Shown here: positions 1 through 12,508 of the stretch, piece after piece
Position numbering within the stretch: position 1 is the stretch's first letter
Layout of the letters: each line of letters opens with the position of its first letter
DNA from: Takakia lepidozioides
Lineage: Eukaryota; Plantae; Bryophyta
Length of the DNA stretch: 64,000 bases
Reading direction: 5' to 3'
Assembly (NCBI GenBank): GCA_030704615.1
Contig: CM060734.1
Coordinates: 59,396,001-59,460,000, forward strand
The notes under the pieces: generated by a model
What the model saw: only the letters and a program-made list of their open reading frames with translations
Databases searched by the model: none
What the model was told of the DNA's origin: nothing
Made by a program: the position numbers and the translations under genes

Positions 1-32
1 GACAGTTAAGTGACCGGCCGATAGTTAGTTAA

Positions 33-1032
33 GGACTCGGCCACACCTGCCATCTAGTTAACTTGGCACGTCACGGTTAACAAATCGTGCTGCTGCCCGG
101 TTTTCTTTCCTGCCCGCGCGAACCACTTTCTCTCTCTCAGCCTCCACGGTCCTCCCTGCAATCCTATTTCTTCACTGGTACTTCTCTACTTGGTCACTGG
201 CATGGACACTTCTCACTGCACCGCACACCTGCATTCCAAAATGGTGTCTTTTTCTTTTCCACATGAGTTACGAAGCTTCCCTGCTCAAGAAAAAGGTGGT
301 TTTCTCTTGGATCAAAGGCTGATACATGTGTTGTATGCTTCAGTTTCAAGTCTGTGGCACAAGTAGACACTTAATGCTGTGAACATATGTAGGTCTTTAG
401 CTGAGAGTGCGGGGTGGTTGGTTGTGTGGTACAGACATATGTGCAGCAGCTTGAATCAAGTGGCATCAAGTTGAATAAACTTGAGCAAGAAGTAGCTTAA
501 GTTTAGGGGGTTGGATGTCATGGCAGTCGGCCCAGGCAGGTAAAGGACGTGCACATCAAGAGGAGGTTGTGCGGACTCTCACTAACATGCTGGAAACTGG
601 AAATGTGCGTTTCTCCTTTACATTAATGAAGCTGTTGTGATAATCACAATGTGAATGCTCCTGCTTAATTTTAGTCAATGCCAAGGCCTGGGCCTCTCCA
701 ATGGACCTTGGTACACACTTCCTTTGCTCTCCCCTCTGCACTCTATGCCATCGCGAGCGCCTGCCCTGCAAGAACCTCTCTACTCTCCCCGCCATCGCGA
801 GCATCTGGCACCTGCAAAACCTCTCCGCCACTGCCCAATTTTTAATTGTTGACCGAGATTTAACACCTCCACGGAGAAGGTGTTTCACCCACTCCCCCTT
901 ACAGCGTTTAACAGTTGTTATTCGGTCTGTTATCTAACCGGCTTCTAAATCGGCGTGTGCGGCTGTCTCCCTGCCGCTAACGTTCATTACCTAACTTGAT
1001 TGACGTACTAATTGGCAGGTGCGGCCGGGGCC
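33..1032. mobile_element. Non-autonomous DNA transposon/MITE (PIF-Harbinger- or Kolobok-like)
   Basis: Imperfect ~20-bp terminal inverted repeats: GGACTCGGCCACACCTGCCA on the left and TGGCAGGTGCGGCCGGGGCC on the right. TTAA flanks both ends (29-32, 1033-1036). No intact ORF inside. Confidence 0.7.
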
Positions 1033-2703
1033 TTAAGTCTGTCCTATATGTATATCCTAGATTTGACTAGTGACCATGATGCTTGATCACCGCTACTCTA
1101 AGGTTACTATCATTTAAATAGCCATGCCACTCTTGTCTACGTAGCTTATACAATCAACCTGCTATCACCTAAATCTGCATGAACGTGGCTAAATCTCCTC
1201 TAGCAAATTTCAATTGGACTACACAACATTTCGAGAACTGGAGTCCCAAAACATTTTTCTCTAAGATAATTTTTTTTTTTCTGCAAATTAGCTGTCAGGA
1301 TCGATCAGCCTTCAGATTTGATAACGGAGGCATACACATTGTTCATGTAGACTTCTCCCCTCAATTGTTGCATTCTTTTTCTCTTTTTTTTCCACTGCCC
1401 TCTCATCCACCTCTTCGTCCCTTACATAGGCCATGTCCACCGCCAAGCCTCGCAGCCTTTTCAAATGGAAAAGGGGACAAGAATGGTGCAAATGGACAAA
1501 ATCAAACCATGGGTATCTCTCGATTTCATTGTTCAGGAAATTTTCTTGTTGAAAAGTACTGCACACACAGTCAGTCATGGAGCCTTCGGAAAGAGAGCTC
1601 TCCTTGCAACACTTGCTTTTATAGTTTACTGTTGTGAAGGTTATGCAGGCTTTGGGAAAATTGCTTTGCAAATATGTCATGCACCTGTTGACTTCATGAT
1701 TCATGGCTTCACACAGGCTAGACGTAGGAGGTTGCTATAGAGCAATGTGGGAGATGGAGCCATCATAAAGAGGCGGAGATTGCTCTCTCCGATTTCGAGT
1801 GCAATCGGTTGTCCACCGAGAAGATTTGGGGCCTGCTACTAGGGTAAAACACCCTATGACCGTTATAGTTCCTATGACCGTTCATCTCATAATTGCTTGG
1901 GTCAGGCCTGCATGAGCGACCATGGCTGGGCCCAAGACTGCTCATTTTTGCCACTTGGCAAACAGTTGTTTGATAGAACCCCCAAGAAATATGAGTGGTC
2001 ATAGGGCTCAAACTTCACACAAGCATTCGGATTTCAACTTTGAAACCCCATAACTTTGTGTGGATTTCATGAAATCAGGCACTTCCAAATGTGTTGGGAT
2101 GCCCCAGATGTGGGGCATCTTATCAATTTATCCGGGGTAAAAACGACAAAAATTCACCGTTAGATCTTCCGCCATCTTTAGATAAACGGTCATAGGGTGT
2201 TCTACCCTACCGTGGGCCCAAATTTGTGATGCTTTGTCCGCTGAGGTCGCAAGTAGATAGATGTTATCTAGGGTGGGCACATTTTTATGCAGTGGAAAGT
2301 TGCCGCCTTCCAACTTCCCCCGCCGTCTGGCCTCTGGCCTCTGGCCCACCCTCAAGTACTTTGCGGTATACGTAAGACGTAAGCAAGGTGGCAGCGGGAA
2401 GGTACGAGAGCATTGATGAGGGCCCACACATTTGGACATGTTTATTAGACTTGGAAGCAAGCGGGCAGGTGGATAGATCTGAGAGTTTCGAGATCAGGGC
2501 CCTGATGGAGTGGAAAGAATCCGTCTCTCTGAGTTGTGGCATTAATAAGTGCTGCTATCAGCACCGTGAATTGACATCCTGTTCCCAACTCTTCTTCTCA
2601 AGGTAGCCCTTCGTTCAATCGGATTACTGCGATATAGAAAGCCAAGAGGTACGACTCAGCCTGCCAGTTGGTTATCGGTTCAATTCACTTGAGAACAGAA
2701 TCC

Positions 2704-5700
2704 ATGGCGGAAAATGTCCTGACTTTATGCAAAGAGACTATAGATTCAGCCGAGTACCTCACTTCAACCGAGAACGAGAAAGATTTGCAGATCAACAGGC
2801 AACAGTGTAAGCTTCTGGCAAGGAAAGTCTCAAGAATCCAAGCGACAGTAGGCAAGATCCGTGAAATCTTATCTGAAGAAGGAAGTGCCAGTCGTTTTCA
2901 TGCTGCAGATTACTGGGAGCAGGCCATCAAGGAGCTGTGTCGCGTACTGAAAGCTGCCGAGGCACTAATCAAGGATTGTTGCTGCAATGATCGGTGGCTG
3001 AAAGTAGCGATCAGGCAGGGTGACAAGAGGGAAGATTTTGCGGAATTGTTGCACGATGTAGACTGGTGCACTTCAATTCTATGCGGCATTTTTTTCGAGC
3101 AAACCTGTCAAGACACGCTGTATATTGATGCACGAATGTGCGGGGGAAGACTTAGCATCACTGAATCCTTCACTCTGGAGGCAGCGGCAAAGGACGACCT
3201 AGACAGCCTCAAGGCCTCTTTGAAGCTCCTGAGAGACGATCATGTTTGCATGGAGAGCTGCAAGCAACTCAACCAAACTGAGCAATGTCTTGCAACGCAG
3301 TTGTTGGGGAAATTGCAAGCCCAGGCCTTGCCAACCAACCGAAGTGACGTGGATACATCTCCACTCATTTTGTGGGCGAACGCTGGAGAGCTTGATGAAG
3401 GAATTAAGTTAGGAGAAGGTACGATGGGGAAGGTGTATGAAACTATTTGGGGAGGAGAAAAGTACGCAAAGAAGAAGTTTTTAGGCACGAACAGCTCATT
3501 GTTTAGGGAGGAGGTGGCTGCTCTAGCGGGACTCGATCATCCGCACATTATGCGACTAGTTTGTTGCACTCCGAGCAATCGTGATACCATCCTGATGGAA
3601 TTAATGGACAAGGACCTTCATGCCCTATTGGAGGACAGATCCGGCCCACTTTCGAATCTTCCAGCGGTTGACCTCATGCTGCAGATCGCCGAGGGGATGA
3701 AATATTTGCACGCCAAAAGCATCGCTCACCGTGATCTTAAGTCATTTAACGTTCTTGTCAGATTCGCAGATCTTCCGGCTTCTCTAGGAGAAGATGCGCG
3801 CCTGTACGCAAAGGTAGGTGATTTCGGCTTGTCAAAGATCAAGAATGCGAGTACCAGATACTCACATCAGACACTCGATGTAGGTTCCAGACAATGGAAG
3901 GCTCCGGAGGTTTTTAGTGTGGAGGATGAAGAAGATCATCCTAGCAGGTTTCACCCTCTGAAAACAGATGTTTACAGTTTTGGGATTGTCTGTGCTGAGA
4001 TACTGGCAGGAGAGGAGCTATTTGGAGGGTCTTTATATGGGCTTCAGAGGAGGGTGAAGAGGGGTGAGAGGCCAAAGCTGCCGGAGAGTTGTCCAGCCAG
4101 GTTGGCTTTCTTGATTAAACACTGTTGGGATGGCGACCCTCTCTTGAGACCTGATTTCTTAAAGATTTGCAGAGAGCTGAGATACATCAAATGGCTCCTT
4201 CTGAAAGGTTAGTGACCGTCATGTTCTCTTGATTCCTGTGAAATTGCTTTCAGAACCAGATATGTATAAGCTTTCTTAAATAATGGACACTAGTTCAATC
4301 GACAAGAGTCCCTGGTGAAAATAGTGAGGGAACTCTACAAAATGATCATCTTGTGCTCATCTTCTTCATTCAATCTTGAAATAGTGATGCACGGATCCAT
4401 TGCCATGAGCAGTAGATTAATGTGGAAATTCTGAAGGCTTTGATAATTGTTTATACTTAGGACCTCTTAGACTTGGATTTTCAAGAACTGCACCAAACTC
4501 CAAAGCAACCATTCTGAATGTGTAAGCTGTGACATCTATGCACCACCTGACCACTTCCCTCCACCATATGGTGAATGATCAACATTAAAGGAGTGACAAC
4601 AGAGACCCTGAACTTACACAGTGAACATATAGTTATTTATCAAACTGCTGACCTTAGTCACGTCCTTCTGATTTCTATGATTCTACAGATGATGAAGTGC
4701 AGCTGGAGAAATTAGATCCAAATGCTTTTCATACTAAAGCAGTTCAGGTAGGTGAAGACAACGAAATTTTATTTCCCTGGGAGTATTCACATTGGTCTCT
4801 CAACATTGGTAGATAAGATTGTAGTGTGGGACTTATGTCATGGAACTTTAGAGAGCAGGTCTGGATTTTTGTTGGGGCATTCAACTTGAATGCCCAGTCT
4901 TGCCATGTGCAGCATCTCAACTTACTGCAGTCTTTCTTTTGGTGATGTGCATATGCACATCCCAAATCACCAAGTTCTGTACATGTTGTTGCATTATTTC
5001 TTGCCCTTGCTCCCTCCTTGTGTCTATGTGTCTCTTCAACCAAGAAACATTTTAGATGTTGTCAAAGGAAAATCTCAATAGAAGTTGATATCATAGTTGT
5101 GATCTCTATGTTGGTGTATTTTATATCAGGTACAAGGTCCTTGGGGAGGTGGAGGTGGAGGTGCTTTCTTTGATGGTATTGCTACATCGGTCAGAGGGTT
5201 TGAGCTCAAATTTGATGCCTGCATATGGTCTATCAAGGTGAAATATGATGTCAATGGAACAATATTCGAGGGTCCACGTCATGGTTACCACGATGGCAAC
5301 CAATTTAAAGAGGTTTGAGTCTTACTTATGCTCCAATTAGAAACTTACTGCAGAAGCATTCCCAGCCATTCACCTTTCTCTTTCACCAAAACCTTCATCC
5401 CATCTCATTTTTCTCCTCATTACTTGTGTACGGATTGATTCAGTTTTCCTTGTTGTAGCGGTATGCGAGTCAATTCACAATTTACGTACGTTTTGGAGAT
5501 GTCTACCGAGTGGCAAACTTCAGAGAGTATGCAATGGTATATGGCACTAAAAATACCTCTAATTGTATCTGCAAATGGTGTTATCTTTCTACATGTGCAT
5601 AGTATGGAATCATCTTGCATGACATTCAATTGCTGAAGGAAGAGCCTGGAACAGGTTTCAATCCTAATATCTTGATTGGATAATGCCCCTAAGTGTAGCT

Positions 5701-5982
5701 GTTTTATTGATTTGTATCCAGATTTTGTTCTCCCCAAATGAGTTCCTTGAGCAAATTGAAGGTTCATTTGGCATTACACCTATTAGGGGAGAGGATCCCA
5801 ATTGGCAAGTTACAGGTATTACTTCTCTGACACTTTTCACCAATGTAGACACCTATGGACCATATGGCCTTGAAGGGCATACCAAATTCAGAACAAATCG
5901 GGGAAGGGTGGTGGGTTTCTTTGGGAGATGTGGCATGACTATTGATCAACTTGGAGCATTTTTAGTCCAAGATGAGATTTGA
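2704..5982 (+). CDS. MLKL-like (HeLo/DUF1221-type N-terminus) protein kinase fused to a C-terminal jacalin-related lectin; 4 exons, 668 aa
   Basis: Exons 2704-4207, 4689-4747, 5130-5312, 5722-5982, all GT-AG and phase-consistent (2007 nt). The N-terminus INRQQCKLL...WEQAIKELCRVLKAAEALIKDC...WLKVAI resembles the plant MLKL N-terminal domain. Kinase motifs: LGEGTMGKV, YAKK, HRDLKSFN, DFG, APE, DVYSFG. Jacalin motifs: GPWGGGGG, ITSLTLFTN..TYGPYG, VVGFFGRCGMTIDQLG. Confidence 0.85.
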
Positions 5983-8472
5983 ACAACTTTGAGGGTAAAT
6001 GATAATGTAATAAAAGTACGCCCACAAGAATTATATATATGAATTCTGAAAACTCAGTTTCATTGAAGATGTGAGGTAGAGTGTGGGGAGGAACTCTCCA
6101 GTTTTCGTAGTCATTTCAGAATCACAAGCACGAGTGAATTACAAGTGTTGAATCCGCAATTCCAATGATTGTTCATTGCTACATGAGATAGTGAGGACTC
6201 AGTGGAAGTTCCTAAGTTACTAAGGATGTCACTACAGTATTGAGACCTGAGGGTTTCTTTGTTTAAAGAATATGCCTTTCGCCAGTTTTGATAAGTAACA
6301 TTTCCTTCTCAGATTGTTTTAACCTGGATATCATAGGGTACTTCAAAGGGAGGTGTAACTCTAAGTTACTTGAAGTTAAACTATATAAGGAGTCAAGTTA
6401 GTTGTTCACATGTGATGTAACCAATCGCTTCCACATCATCAAACCTCTGAGAGAGAGTGCTGGATGACATCTGTGGCGAAGCAGCCCACTTGCGAGGAAC
6501 ATTCAAGCATGGTTATAAAGCTTGAGCAATGCGAGTCCACACTGCTACCCACAGCAATGAGTCAACACTATACGAACAACCCTCTCCAAAGCAGCACAAT
6601 GATAAGATGGCAATGCCAAACATGTTCAGTATCATACAACGCAATGCCCAAATGCTTGCAACAGAGAGCGAGGAACTGTATAACAGACCCACAGTTCAAC
6701 CAGGTAGGGAGTTTTCTGGATGCACACCCTCTTGGAGTTGCCAAAGTCTGCTGTGAAGTCCTTTCCCTTGTCTGTAACTTTGACACCCACAATATTGTCA
6801 CTCTCCACTTCTACAACTTCAAATACGCCGCCAGCCCACACAGAATTTTTTTTTGTGATCTGACAAAAAACTTCTGGACAGAAGAGAGTCAAGAGCAGGG
6901 GAGGCATGCAAACTCAATGCAAACTCTGACCACCACCTACATTTCTGTCAAGGAATGTAAGATGGTGAGTGCAACCATCAGATGCAACACATGCCATTCC
7001 AAGGAACATCGGGCCTACTTGCCTTTGATCACCTCTCAACAATGACAAGAGAGGTCTAGGTCATGATCTCCGTGATAAGATTACAAGTTCAGGATTAACA
7101 TGTTAAATAAACAGAGTGTTAGAGCTTCAAAATATGTTTTAAGACTTTTACCTCCACTCTACAGCCTTCTTCATGTAACATGAGTCAGTTTATGAAATTC
7201 AGAGAGAACATTGGTCAGAGACCAACGTTTCAATGGGCACAGCAACAGTACTGAATCATCACTTCCCTATATACAGCTGAGCTACATATTACTTCTACAT
7301 AGGATGGCATGTTGCAGGCAGGAGTGAAAGAGTCAAAGTGACATCTCACACTATACCTTCTCATTACCACATTCTAAGTGAATTGTATTCAGTTCATCAA
7401 TTTGAAAGCTCCTCAATTGTGTGTTTGCCGGCCACCCATGATGAGCCAGCTTCAATTACTCAACCAATCACTGGGGCACAGCGGACTCAGGTCAGAGCAA
7501 TTTTGTGCAAAGAGTGTCAATCCTGTTTCTTTATCTCTGAACCTGGCAATGTCAGTTATGTGACTAGGGCCAATAGTGCAATAGAGATTGATGGAGAAAT
7601 GTCCCGCGGAGTTTACAATGACCAGACCAAGTTCTTCTCCAGCTGTTGTTGGGTAGAGCGCTGTCCACCTCCATGGTAATATAGTTGAGCGTGCATCCGT
7701 GGGGGCAGTGCAGTTTTCATTTCTGCAGTGTTACAATGCTTGGGTTGCTTTGCATCAACATAGGCTTACAACGCCGCCCAAGGATTTATCGATTACCTGT
7801 ACTTGTTTGACGCATACCAAACATGCCATGAAGTAGCAGTTCCTGTGCATACATTTCACCCTGTCACGTTTTCTGAAGTAACTTCCCCACTTGATAGAAC
7901 TTATAAGGAACTGGTGCCGTGCAAAACACATTATTGGGATGCACAATGTGGAGTACCATAGCTATCACACTATGAAAGTGCAGGTGCAAGCTCTTTTTTT
8001 TTGTTCAAAAGGGTAACACCCACACAAGTTTGTTATGGAAATCAACTGTTCTGACTAGACCATATTCTTAATGTACTACAATTTGAGCTAATCACTGCAG
8101 AAGGGAGGAAGGGTAAACAATAGCGGCACCACACTGATGTTCTCGGAAACAAAGGGAAGAGCTCCTTGCAGCTTTCGTAGAAAAGCCTAATTGGGAGCTA
8201 TATTTTAACTGTTTACTGCAGGTTCGAGTCTGAAAAATTTAGGGAGTTGAAAAAAAGGCAGCAGCCAGTTCCGGGTCGCTTAGGCCTTTAAGCCTTTAAT
8301 GGGTAAACCACAAAACCGCCTTAGTTACCTCTGAGGTCAAAACTTTCTGTCAGGGCCAACAATGGAATAGACACCTCCAATAAGATGGTAAAGGAAGCTC
8401 CAAGCAAGTGTTACCAAGAGGTCTTAACCTGGTCAGGCTTTAAGTTGTTTGATTGTCCTTGTCCACCTATAA

Positions 8473-11400
8473 CTATGTGATGGCATCCTGCAATACATAG
8501 CTTCTGGTGCTTGCTCCAAACTTGAGAGTATCTCCACCGTGCACCCGCTTTCTCTCTCCAGTGAGCACCTTCTTGCCATTCACAAAGGTTCCATGAACAG
8601 AATCCATGTCTTGTATGCTCACCTTTCCATTTTCCCCACAGCTTATCCTTGCATGCTACAAGAGGGCCAGAGCTGTCAGCATCTTCCTCTCTCTCTCAAC
8701 AACCGCAGTAAAGATTTCTGTCAAACTTCTGCACCTCCCTAACATGATTGCTACACCCATCTATAAAATACCCATGTCTATGTAGCGTTCAAAGATCTGT
8801 ACATGGTAAATCCGAAGCCAAACATTGCATACATAACAACATCAGCAATTCAGTGCCCACCATTTCAATTCTCGAAGCCAGTGATGAAGCAATCCAACAT
8901 TTTCATGCCCCGTCCTGCTAGAAGCCTGTGTTTGGTGCATGATTGCCCAAATCCTCTTCATGACTAAAACATAAACTGACAGCCTACTTTGGAAAACTTG
9001 CAATCCTCTACGGTAAAGATTGTTAAGAACGCAATTGCACACATTCATGACATTCATGATGCTGGAAGCCATACCTGACGTGAAATAGAAGCATGGTCAA
9101 GTATGACATCGCAGGTTGAAGCACGCCCAAAAACAAGCTCTTTCTTCTCGGTCAGTGCCACTGTTCCAACCACCATCCCTTCCTGGCAAGTTTTCAACAG
9201 CCATGCAAACCATTTAGTTGGTGAAGAAGTATGCTCACGACCAAATTCCTTCTTGCTGATTTCAATTACCTTGTAGGATCTCATTCTTTAAAATATGTGA
9301 GATTCACAAAGGCGAGGTAAGGTGTAAGCACCCAGACAGCAGACCCCAAAAACTTAACTGGTTCAGCCTTAAAGGCTGGCACTTTCTGACTACCTCTCAG
9401 CATAGAGGCACAAGGTGACTCAGCAGCAAGTTTTGGAGTTCCTTTGAAAATGTCCATTAATTAGGAGTACATTGCATTCCAGATTCATCAGGATAGCCCT
9501 ATTCCTGAAAAATTGCTCACATCTCCTGCAACAGGCAAGATGTGTCTTCTTCCAGGCCCTGCTGACCCATGAAGACCCTGCAGATTACATTATCATCCAC
9601 TCTCTCACACTATTACTTCCACAGAAAGTGGATTCAGACAATGTAAGATACAAATAAGATACCCAAGTCCAATTGAGAAAAAGAGTAACAAGCCTTATAG
9701 CAGCAAATTGCCCTGTTGGTGCCCTGACACCTCAGAAGAATCTAATTTTATAAGAAAGCTTACCTTTACCACATCCAGGTAAATATCACCATACTTCTGG
9801 GCAGCTTTATCAGTTGAGGCTGCCTCCTCAATAGACAGTGGGAGAGCAGAGGCATCTCTCAATTGAGGGACTGTAACCCCTGCAGGAGCTCCACTATCAT
9901 AAGCAGAATCACGAGGTCTGACAGGAGCTAAACCCAGGCTTTCCTCATACTTGCTCAGCACAGATAAGAAACCTTCGTTTGGGGAAACTTGCTTCCGTTG
10001 CTCCTTCAAGAATCTGATAGAGAATGAGATGAATTAGCATGTCTTTGACAAACTATGCTGTGGAGTTCAGATATATTCTGTGTATCCACACTCTACAACG
10101 TCCAGATCAGCTAACCTACAGATACCGTGTGTACGGCTTTGAAAGAGTTCAGATGAAGCCAGCATGAAGGAAGTTGAAAAGAAGGAAGAAAACCAACGAC
10201 TAGCCATACTCCCCACTCATGACCAACAACTCATCTTGCACAGGACCATCGCACCTAGAGATGTTAAACAAATTACCAGTGCACAGGTACAAGAAGAAAG
10301 AGGAGATGATTTGAGCGTGTAAAAACTTCTCTAAAAACTGAAAACATTTTGCAAGAATTTGCTTCTTTTAGGAAGAAAGGAAACACACACAAGAAACATT
10401 TTCAAACACCTCCAGTATCAAACTTTAGATATTTACTGACTCGAGAGTGTAGTTGGCTTTCCATTGCCGCACCCGCATGAGATAGGCCGCACACAGAGTA
10501 GCTGACCGACTGGCACCAGCCCCACAGTGCACCAACACCCTGGCTCCTGAATTTTGAGCTCCCTCAATAAACTCAAACATGGGATCGAAATACTGGGCTA
10601 TGTCAGCACCTGCCTCATCTGCACCCATCATGCCCACACAAGTAAATGAAGTTCATCACTTCTGCCTGACTTAAGCTAAACCTGTTCCATAAGCATGCAA
10701 TTCAACCTGAAATGACTGCTGTAAGCAATTTGTAGGGGCACTATCTGTAGTTCACACAGTGAGAGAAGCTATAACAATCTTAGATTATGTTGCTCAACAC
10801 TGCCTTTGGACAATTTCATTATGCTCAGTAGCAAGCATCAACATCATCTCTGTCAGCCAGATGGTGTGCACTGGGAACATGGGTGCACTAATGCAGGGAT
10901 TAAAATGACCGGTTTCATACCTGCAAGGTCACAGTATAATTGCACAAATTTCTTTTGAAATTTTACAGGCTCCGTGTGTATTGTCAGGATGTGTGTGATT
11001 TTAAGATCCTCCAGCCGGCTTTCAGCTTTGGCATGTGTCAGATCCCCCAAATACAATAACCCTGGCACAATCTGACAAGCAAGTAAACCCAGTTTGAAAT
11101 CAATGCTTGTAGCAGAAATTATCCACAAACCTAGCATCTCTTAACCAGCTGCAGAACAGCTTGACTGAAACTCGAAAGTTATGGGTGCTGCATTTGGCAA
11201 TCAACATGTTCTTCTGGCCTTCTCACTTTAATTGTTTGCCTTCCTACTAGCCATTATCTGTAGCTTGTCCAGCCTTGGTCTGTTCTTGAGCATCTTCCCA
11301 CTGTGCTTCATCTCCAGGTTCTGATAATATGCCCCTTCTAAACCCCTAAACCCTGATATTCCCCAGGACAGCACAACTCTTACTGGCCTAATAAACTAGA

Positions 11401-12508
11401 TCCCCAGTCAGAGCTACAGTCAGGAGCTAACAGTGCAAATGATAGTGGAACAATGACACATTAACCCGTCCACTTAGCCGGTACATATTTGGCTCTGCTG
11501 GGGCATCGTCACGACACTTGCAAGAGCAGATTGGCTACACAATGTTCACATGGCCTCCCCTTCCGTCCAATTTGGCTGGCAGTCAGCTGCAAATGTGACC
11601 TGGTTAAGTTGACGGTAGACTCACTACAGCTTTAGCACTGCTTGCCCACTCCTACTGTCAGGTGAAACAGGTACCAAAGCTTTGCCTTGCTGAAATGGAT
11701 GGTAGCACTCCCACTCCCTCCAAGAAAAGAAAAATGTACCAACAAGCATTCATTCCCCAGTAAGGTGATGAAGAGAAAGGAAAGCGGAAACTACTCCACA
11801 GCATGAAGCATGGAACGTAAGGACAGACCTCAGCTGGATAGCTAGGAATCACTGCAGCCTTAGATGATTTGGTGACGAGGAAGGGGTATTGCCTTGCAAA
11901 TAAGGAGAAAGCATCCTTGGACTCATCTGATAGTGATCCCCCACCAACCACAATGAGTAACAGAATCCAGATGAATCAAACCCAACTTTGCACCCTAAAT
12001 AGAACAGGGAAATACACAGTAGCCCCAGCACAGAAAAACTTAAGAGGGTCGAATAAGCGCTAGCCACATTCTGCAAACGCCCGCTGAGCATAGGCCAAAC
12101 GAAAACCAACCCACCATCGCCAACCTCCAAAATCTTGACAGACTTGACGAGCCCTTCCTTCAACAGAAACTCCACTACAGGGTCTTTATCTCCGTCTTCA
12201 TCGCCCTGTCGACTTCTCTTCCGTTCCCTCTCTCCTTTCTCCAGCTCACGGGCCTTGCGCCTCTTGCTCCCATCAGTTCCAGGACTATAGTAAGGGGTTA
12301 CAATAAGAATATTTCGATCCCACCAACAGTTCTTAGACCATGTTGGAGGTCCTGGACCAGCCACTCTCTCCAGAGTGCGCCCATTCCCCGACAGCTCCAC
12401 ACATACGGATCCCCGAATATGGCGGCCCGCATATGCACGAGCTGATCTTGTGTCCAGCACCAGCAGGCGCGAGTCACTCATCAGGGCGTTGAAGGCACGC
12501 CACGCCAT
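8473..12508 (-). CDS. Rhodanese-domain dual-specificity protein phosphatase with C-terminal FHA domain; 7 exons, ~453 aa
   Basis: Exons 12508-12115, 11926-11829, 11071-10921, 10618-10441, 10013-9764, 9182-9075, 8655-8473, all GT-AG and phase-consistent (1362 nt). Rhodanese: LLVLDTRSARAYAGRHIRGS...FARQYPFL. DSP: IVPGLLYLG, VLVHCGAGASRSAT, AYLM, SPNEGF. FHA: VFGR..CDVILDHASISRQHA, DMDSVHGTFVNG, LKFGASTRSY. The start codon is the least certain part. Confidence 0.85.

Noticed and set aside
6464-7700. 193-aa and other ORFs between the two genes
   Set aside because: No recognisable motifs or consistent splice pattern; probably UTR or intergenic.
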